A stretch of 36,091 nt of DNA from a virus: the IMG/VR virus record IMGVR_UViG_3300045988_093606; one strand, given 5' to 3'. The notes under the pieces are model-generated. The model saw only the letters and a list, made by a program, of their open reading frames with translations, made no database searches and was not told where the DNA came from. The position numbers and the translations under genes are program-made. Positions 33,501 to 36,091 of this stretch are shown here, one piece after another. How positions within the stretch are numbered: the stretch's first letter is position 1; the number at the start of each line of letters is the position of its first letter.

Positions 33501-34698
33501 ATTCTTGACTAGCAACGTAGCCAGCGCTACCAAACTCGCCACCGCCCGAACCCTCACTGTCGGCAATACAGGTAAATCATTTAACGGCGCAGCTAACGTC
33601 TCATGGTCTCTGGACGAGATTGGAGTACTGGGAAGAACAACCAAAGGTAAGACGTATAAGCTTAACAATGTATCTTACAACGGCAGTGCTACGGATTATG
33701 TTTTCAACGACTACTCCGCAAATCAGGCAGGCGGCGGTGAATATATAACCGTAACTGGCTCTCAGAACATTGCTCTTGGTGGCAATTGTATATTCCTTGC
33801 CGGTTGGCGTAACACAGCACAAGGAAATCAATGTGTTGCAATGGGTCAGGATAACATTGTGGCTGGTACGGCTAATATCGCTCTCGGCTGCGGGAACCAA
33901 GTCACAGCAGATGCCCAGGGCGGCTTGGCTCTTGGGAATCTTAATACATGCAAAGCGAATGCGTCTCTAAGTGGTGGCTGGTATACAGAAGTTCAGAAAT
34001 CGTCTAATCAATCGATTGGATATGGTAATCACGTGACAGTTGCAACGGCATCCTGCGCAGCATTCGGAGCTTACAACTCATATAACTACACTGGACCTTA
34101 TCTAATCCTTGGAAATGGTACATCCTCTGCTCGTGCTAACGCTTTCCGTGCCGCTGCCGCTGGTGTGTACTCATCTGGTTCTTATCACAGTTCTGGTGCG
34201 GACTACGCAGAGTATTTCGAGTGGCTGGACGGAAATCTCAATAATGAGGACAGACGTGGGCGTTTTGTGAAACTGGACGGCGAAAAAATATTACTTGCTG
34301 AATCAGTTGAAGATGATATCCTTGGCGTAGTATCCGGCAATCCGTCCGTGATCGGCGACAGCTACGAAGATCAGTGGCGGGGGCAATACATGACGGATAT
34401 CTACGGAGAGCCGCTGACTGAGGACTACACAGATGAGGACGGAACGACTCGTAAGGTCTGGGTACTCAATCCGGACTACAATCCGGACAAGCCGTATGTG
34501 CCACGCTCAGATCGGCAGGAATGGTCTGCTGTTGGTATGATGGGCAAGCTCATCGTCATTGATGACGGCACTTGCAAACCCAATGATTACTGTGTCCCGA
34601 CAACGGGTGGTATTGCCACACGGTCTGAGGGACGGGTTGGCTATCGGGTACTATCCCGGATAGATGATACACACATCAAGGTACTGATTAAGGGGTGA
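30586..34698 (+). CDS. Tail-associated/host-recognition fibre protein: Tal-like N-domain, fibre repeats, and a C-terminal Peptidase_G2/IMC autoproteolytic chaperone domain, 1370 aa
   Basis: Position and size. Fibre motifs include LTAGANITISGNTISA...AGLMSAADKKKLDG. The C-terminal SGADYAEYFEWLDGN...RGRFVKLDGEKI is typical of intramolecular-chaperone domains. Confidence 0.8.
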   Translation: MALEEHAELVVKTKNGESYTIAESRIVKGSLTASSSCSSGGGIPAGACNIGTASVAFRAPSGLTYKKLYRATVEIYAWYQGYSKELYGTYNVSSAENNYGVYTLSLSDNISLLDESCYAANDTENAENWLYSQMAGRWNVPSVILNYICNAYNVPHYNAAENEKFVPDSGNTALSTGVSSECSVESVKDFANYLAEYLGCFIVAAPDGRVRFSRLGEREYKTELNQSNISRGTLQRSPYYVHPSIWKVSFDSGYGSSWYVSSDLPDDAAPLSINITNNPFWQVQEDRVPADIYGGKVTQMIKYMWDYLYNAAVRKDGNTVEYMINPFSCTVHVPYHFRIGDIVTVRDYVNGDVFRSYLTDITWTFRGGQQISCAGDDTRTLSVGTSRSAAKKSNDYSKYLYRKSKTGSSGGDTNTYTKAEIDAKDGTIQVAADKAQETADSAVSVNNTQNTQIAALQKSAHSHSNKDVLDKTEQPYTTAERDKLAGLENYVHPAHTAYNKGMYKVAVDDEGHVTEAETMTKEDIYNAGGVIQSELTFQDYIGDIPLAFMTLFYGGGLRNIAEIGFDRRDDDGKRNFSLKLGGWQDKSTGRLDLVDYIGCQYTITPDPNNSYGTQHYYYVLPAGKSGTIALTSDIPDISEKQDKLTAGANITISGNTISAKDTTYGNASASAAGLMSAADKKKLDGMGLSKYLPLAGGTMAGDIDMATNQKDIYIGSHKQTSDHPSAVAGGSYEVDNDATTTLKNYRSLVGTFHNTKTGNWFNMISVRHRNGYGDGGSYGMYIYSGLTYGGNLIWNKQTAANTWQGERVLLDSGNYTSYASDKNHTHSAITNCFMDLGSAGGTVKWIRLGTIVSNADGRTMVIRVWSGDGFNARTNQNSSFEIHIKDSWQSTPSATNACAVTVYRINCPSTVTVKVIPTDALTYTVWVHPSPWTYWNGNYAVYGYYKTWTRQYLIQDAEPDGTAAAIAYYDQAFLTSNVASATKLATARTLTVGNTGKSFNGAANVSWSLDEIGVLGRTTKGKTYKLNNVSYNGSATDYVFNDYSANQAGGGEYITVTGSQNIALGGNCIFLAGWRNTAQGNQCVAMGQDNIVAGTANIALGCGNQVTADAQGGLALGNLNTCKANASLSGGWYTEVQKSSNQSIGYGNHVTVATASCAAFGAYNSYNYTGPYLILGNGTSSARANAFRAAAAGVYSSGSYHSSGADYAEYFEWLDGNLNNEDRRGRFVKLDGEKILLAESVEDDILGVVSGNPSVIGDSYEDQWRGQYMTDIYGEPLTEDYTDEDGTTRKVWVLNPDYNPDKPYVPRSDRQEWSAVGMMGKLIVIDDGTCKPNDYCVPTTGGIATRSEGRVGYRVLSRIDDTHIKVLIKG

Positions 34699-34702
34699 GA
34701 TT

Positions 34703-34942
34703 ATGGACTGGACAGAAATTATTACCGCAGGCATCGCAGCGTTAGGCGCTGTAGGCGGCTCTGCACTCATGCAGAGTAAGGCGACCGCAGTATTGCAGGT
34801 CAAACTGGACGCACTCAGAAACGATGTAGACACGCTCTCCCGGCGTGTAGACAAGCACAACAATCTGATCGACCGCATGACAATTGCGGAATGCAAGATC
34901 AAGGAACTGGAAAGCGAGGTACAGAGAAATGAAAAATCGTGA
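34703..34942 (+). CDS. Small membrane-anchored coiled-coil protein in the lysis cassette, 79 aa
   Basis: An N-terminal TM helix (IITAGIAALGAVGGSALM) is followed by heptad-like coiled coil. Lies directly upstream of the holin gene and overlaps it. Confidence 0.55.
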   Translation: MDWTEIITAGIAALGAVGGSALMQSKATAVLQVKLDALRNDVDTLSRRVDKHNNLIDRMTIAECKIKELESEVQRNEKS

Positions 34943-35135
34943 CTGGAAACAGTGGGCAAAGGCGGCGGCAGTCAGAGCCGTCAAAACAATGGCGCAGACA
35001 GCGGTTGCAGCGATTGGTGTAGCCGCAACCATGCAGGACATCAGCTGGGCAGTTGTCGGCAGCACTGCTCTGGTCGCTGGTATCCTGTCCGTGTTGACAT
35101 CAATCGCAGGACTGCCGGAAGTGGGAGGAGAGTAA
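34929..35135 (+). CDS. Holin (phiLC3/holin_4_1-like), 68 aa
   Basis: AVRAVKTMAQTAVAAIG...WAVVGSTALVAGILSVLTSIAGLPE gives two TM helices and a charged C-terminus. Lies immediately before the endolysin. Confidence 0.7.
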   Translation: MKNRDWKQWAKAAAVRAVKTMAQTAVAAIGVAATMQDISWAVVGSTALVAGILSVLTSIAGLPEVGGE

Positions 35136-35137
35136 TC

Positions 35138-35923
35138 ATGACAATCACAAACAATTATCTGACGCACAACCGCCCGTACACCAAGAGAGCTAAGACCACG
35201 GCGATTGCGGTACACTGGGTGGGCAACCCCGGAACGTCGGCAATCAATAACCGGAACTATTTCCAGACTACCGACCGCTCCGTGTCCAGCAACTATATTG
35301 TAGGATTGCAGGGCGAGGTGATCTGCTGCATCCCGGATGCGGAAATGAGCTGGTGTACCAATCAGGCGAACAGCTACACGGTTTCCATCGAGACCTGTCA
35401 CCCCGATTGGACCGGGGCGTTCGGCAGCCGGACCTATGCCAGTCTGGTGGAGCTGACGGGGCAGCTGTGCAAGAAGTACGGTCTGAATCCGCAGAAAGGC
35501 GGCGTTATCCGGCACTATGACGTGACAGGAAAGGTCTGCCCGAAGTGGTTCGTTCCGGCGAGCAAAGGCGGTTCGGACACGGCGGACGGGGCGCACTGGA
35601 AGAAATTCCTGTCGGACGTAGCTGCCGCTATGGGTATCGGAAACGCTGCGGTGTCTAAACCGGCATCCACAAACACACTGCGCTACGACTGGAAACAGGG
35701 ACAGGCTGTGCGGCTGTACAAGACCAAGACGCAGCTGTTCTCTAGTGACACGGCGGCCAAGGCATCTGGCACGCTGCCTGCCGGAACATACTACATCTAC
35801 GACGGCAAGCAGTGCAAGCTGGGACGCTTCCGAATCACAACACGCAAGGAGTACTGCGGCAAGACACCGGCAGGGAAGTATGTCACGGGGTATGTGAGCG
35901 TGGATAATTTTCGGGAAATTTGA
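35138..35923 (+). CDS. Endolysin: N-acetylmuramoyl-L-alanine amidase (Amidase_2/PGRP) plus a C-terminal SH3-like wall-binding domain, 261 aa
   Basis: IAVHWVGNPGTSA..N...F......SSNYIV...ETCH...RHYDVTGKVCP are amidase_2 zinc and catalytic motifs. The C-terminal GTYYIYDGK...GRFRIT is SH3-like. Confidence 0.85.
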   Translation: MTITNNYLTHNRPYTKRAKTTAIAVHWVGNPGTSAINNRNYFQTTDRSVSSNYIVGLQGEVICCIPDAEMSWCTNQANSYTVSIETCHPDWTGAFGSRTYASLVELTGQLCKKYGLNPQKGGVIRHYDVTGKVCPKWFVPASKGGSDTADGAHWKKFLSDVAAAMGIGNAAVSKPASTNTLRYDWKQGQAVRLYKTKTQLFSSDTAAKASGTLPAGTYYIYDGKQCKLGRFRITTRKEYCGKTPAGKYVTGYVSVDNFREI

Positions 35924-35953
35924 CGGCAAATAAAGTAAATAACAAGCAGAAAA

Positions 35954-36000
35954 CCGGCGGTACAAAACAGGAAATCTCCTGCTGTACTGCCGGTTTTTTT
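35954..36000 (+). terminator. Strong intrinsic terminator after the endolysin (11-bp outer stem plus 5-bp inner stem, T7); also lies downstream of the convergent recombinase gene in the circular map
   Basis: CCGGCGGTACA...TGTACTGCCGG with an inner CAGGA-aatc-TCCTG stem, then TTTTTTT. On the minus strand a TTTTCTG follows the stem. Confidence 0.75.
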
Positions 36001-36091
36001 GTTATTGACAATCGCAAGAAAATGTGATATACTATTTCTTGAAAATATTGGAGATAGCAAGCAATGACGGTGTAATGATTGTAAGTTCGCA
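35993..36091. repeat. Right copy of the exact 99-bp terminal direct repeat (identical to 1-99)
   Basis: Same comparison. This copy includes a duplicate of the last 20 codons of the recombinase gene. Confidence 0.95.

Larger units (their letters stand above)
1..36091. mobile_element. Complete temperate phage genome (siphovirus-like, serine-integrase type), circularly closed; unique length 35,992 bp
   Basis: Full set of lysogeny, recombination, replication, packaging, head, tail and lysis modules in canonical order. Exact 99-bp overlap between the two window ends. Confidence 0.85.

Noticed and set aside
1-36091. tRNA genes, CRISPR arrays, transposases/IS elements, a DGR reverse transcriptase, or a retron
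   Set aside because: Reading both strands, I found no cloverleaf-like segments, no regularly spaced long repeats, no transposase or RT motifs (for example YxDD) in any listed ORF, and no long template/variable repeat pair.

Overview
The window is one complete, circularly closed genome of a temperate siphovirus-like phage. Bases 1-99 are repeated exactly at 35993-36091, so the unique length is 35,992 bp. GC content is moderately high, ribosome-binding sites are GGAGG-type, and the gene content looks Firmicutes/Clostridia-like; the host assignment is inference only.

Gene order is modular:
- Lysogeny module on the minus strand: large serine recombinase, a secreted lipoprotein, and an XRE-HTH/S24 LexA-like repressor.
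- Divergent genetic switch with phased operators.
- Plus-strand early genes: Cro-like protein, AntA/KilAC antirepressor, small unknown proteins, a RecE-like PD-(D/E)XK exonuclease, a single-strand annealing protein (SSAP) and SSB.
- Replication: DUF927 P-loop helicase/initiator, an iteron/AT-rich origin, an SF2 helicase and a VRR-NUC nuclease.
- A Lar-like restriction-alleviation gene and a sigma-region-4-like late regulator.
- Packaging and structural genes: TerS, TerL, portal, MuF-family head protein, scaffold, major capsid, connectors, major tail protein, chaperones, tape measure, Dit-like and Tal/fibre proteins.
- Lysis: a membrane coiled-coil protein, holin and amidase endolysin.

The best candidates for something new or accessory are:
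1. A ~1.1 kb low-GC island (about 20100-21260). It adds an HExxH metallopeptidase-like C-terminal domain to the MuF head protein. A 50-aa ORF follows, then a 53-aa two-TM gene bracketed by duplicated 32-bp terminators.
2. Candidate lysogen-expressed genes around the immunity region: a lipoprotein between int and the repressor, and a reverse-oriented membrane-anchored gene with its own promoter.
3. A near-consensus promoter firing antisense into the integrase, paired with tandem terminators that face the wrong way for their neighbouring genes.
4. A promoter-proximal terminator before terS plus three terminators inside the structural operon, which implies late-gene antitermination.
5. GC-rich hairpin arrays in inverted orientation that flank the replication gene and the origin.

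All functional calls come from reading motifs in the supplied translations. No database search was run.
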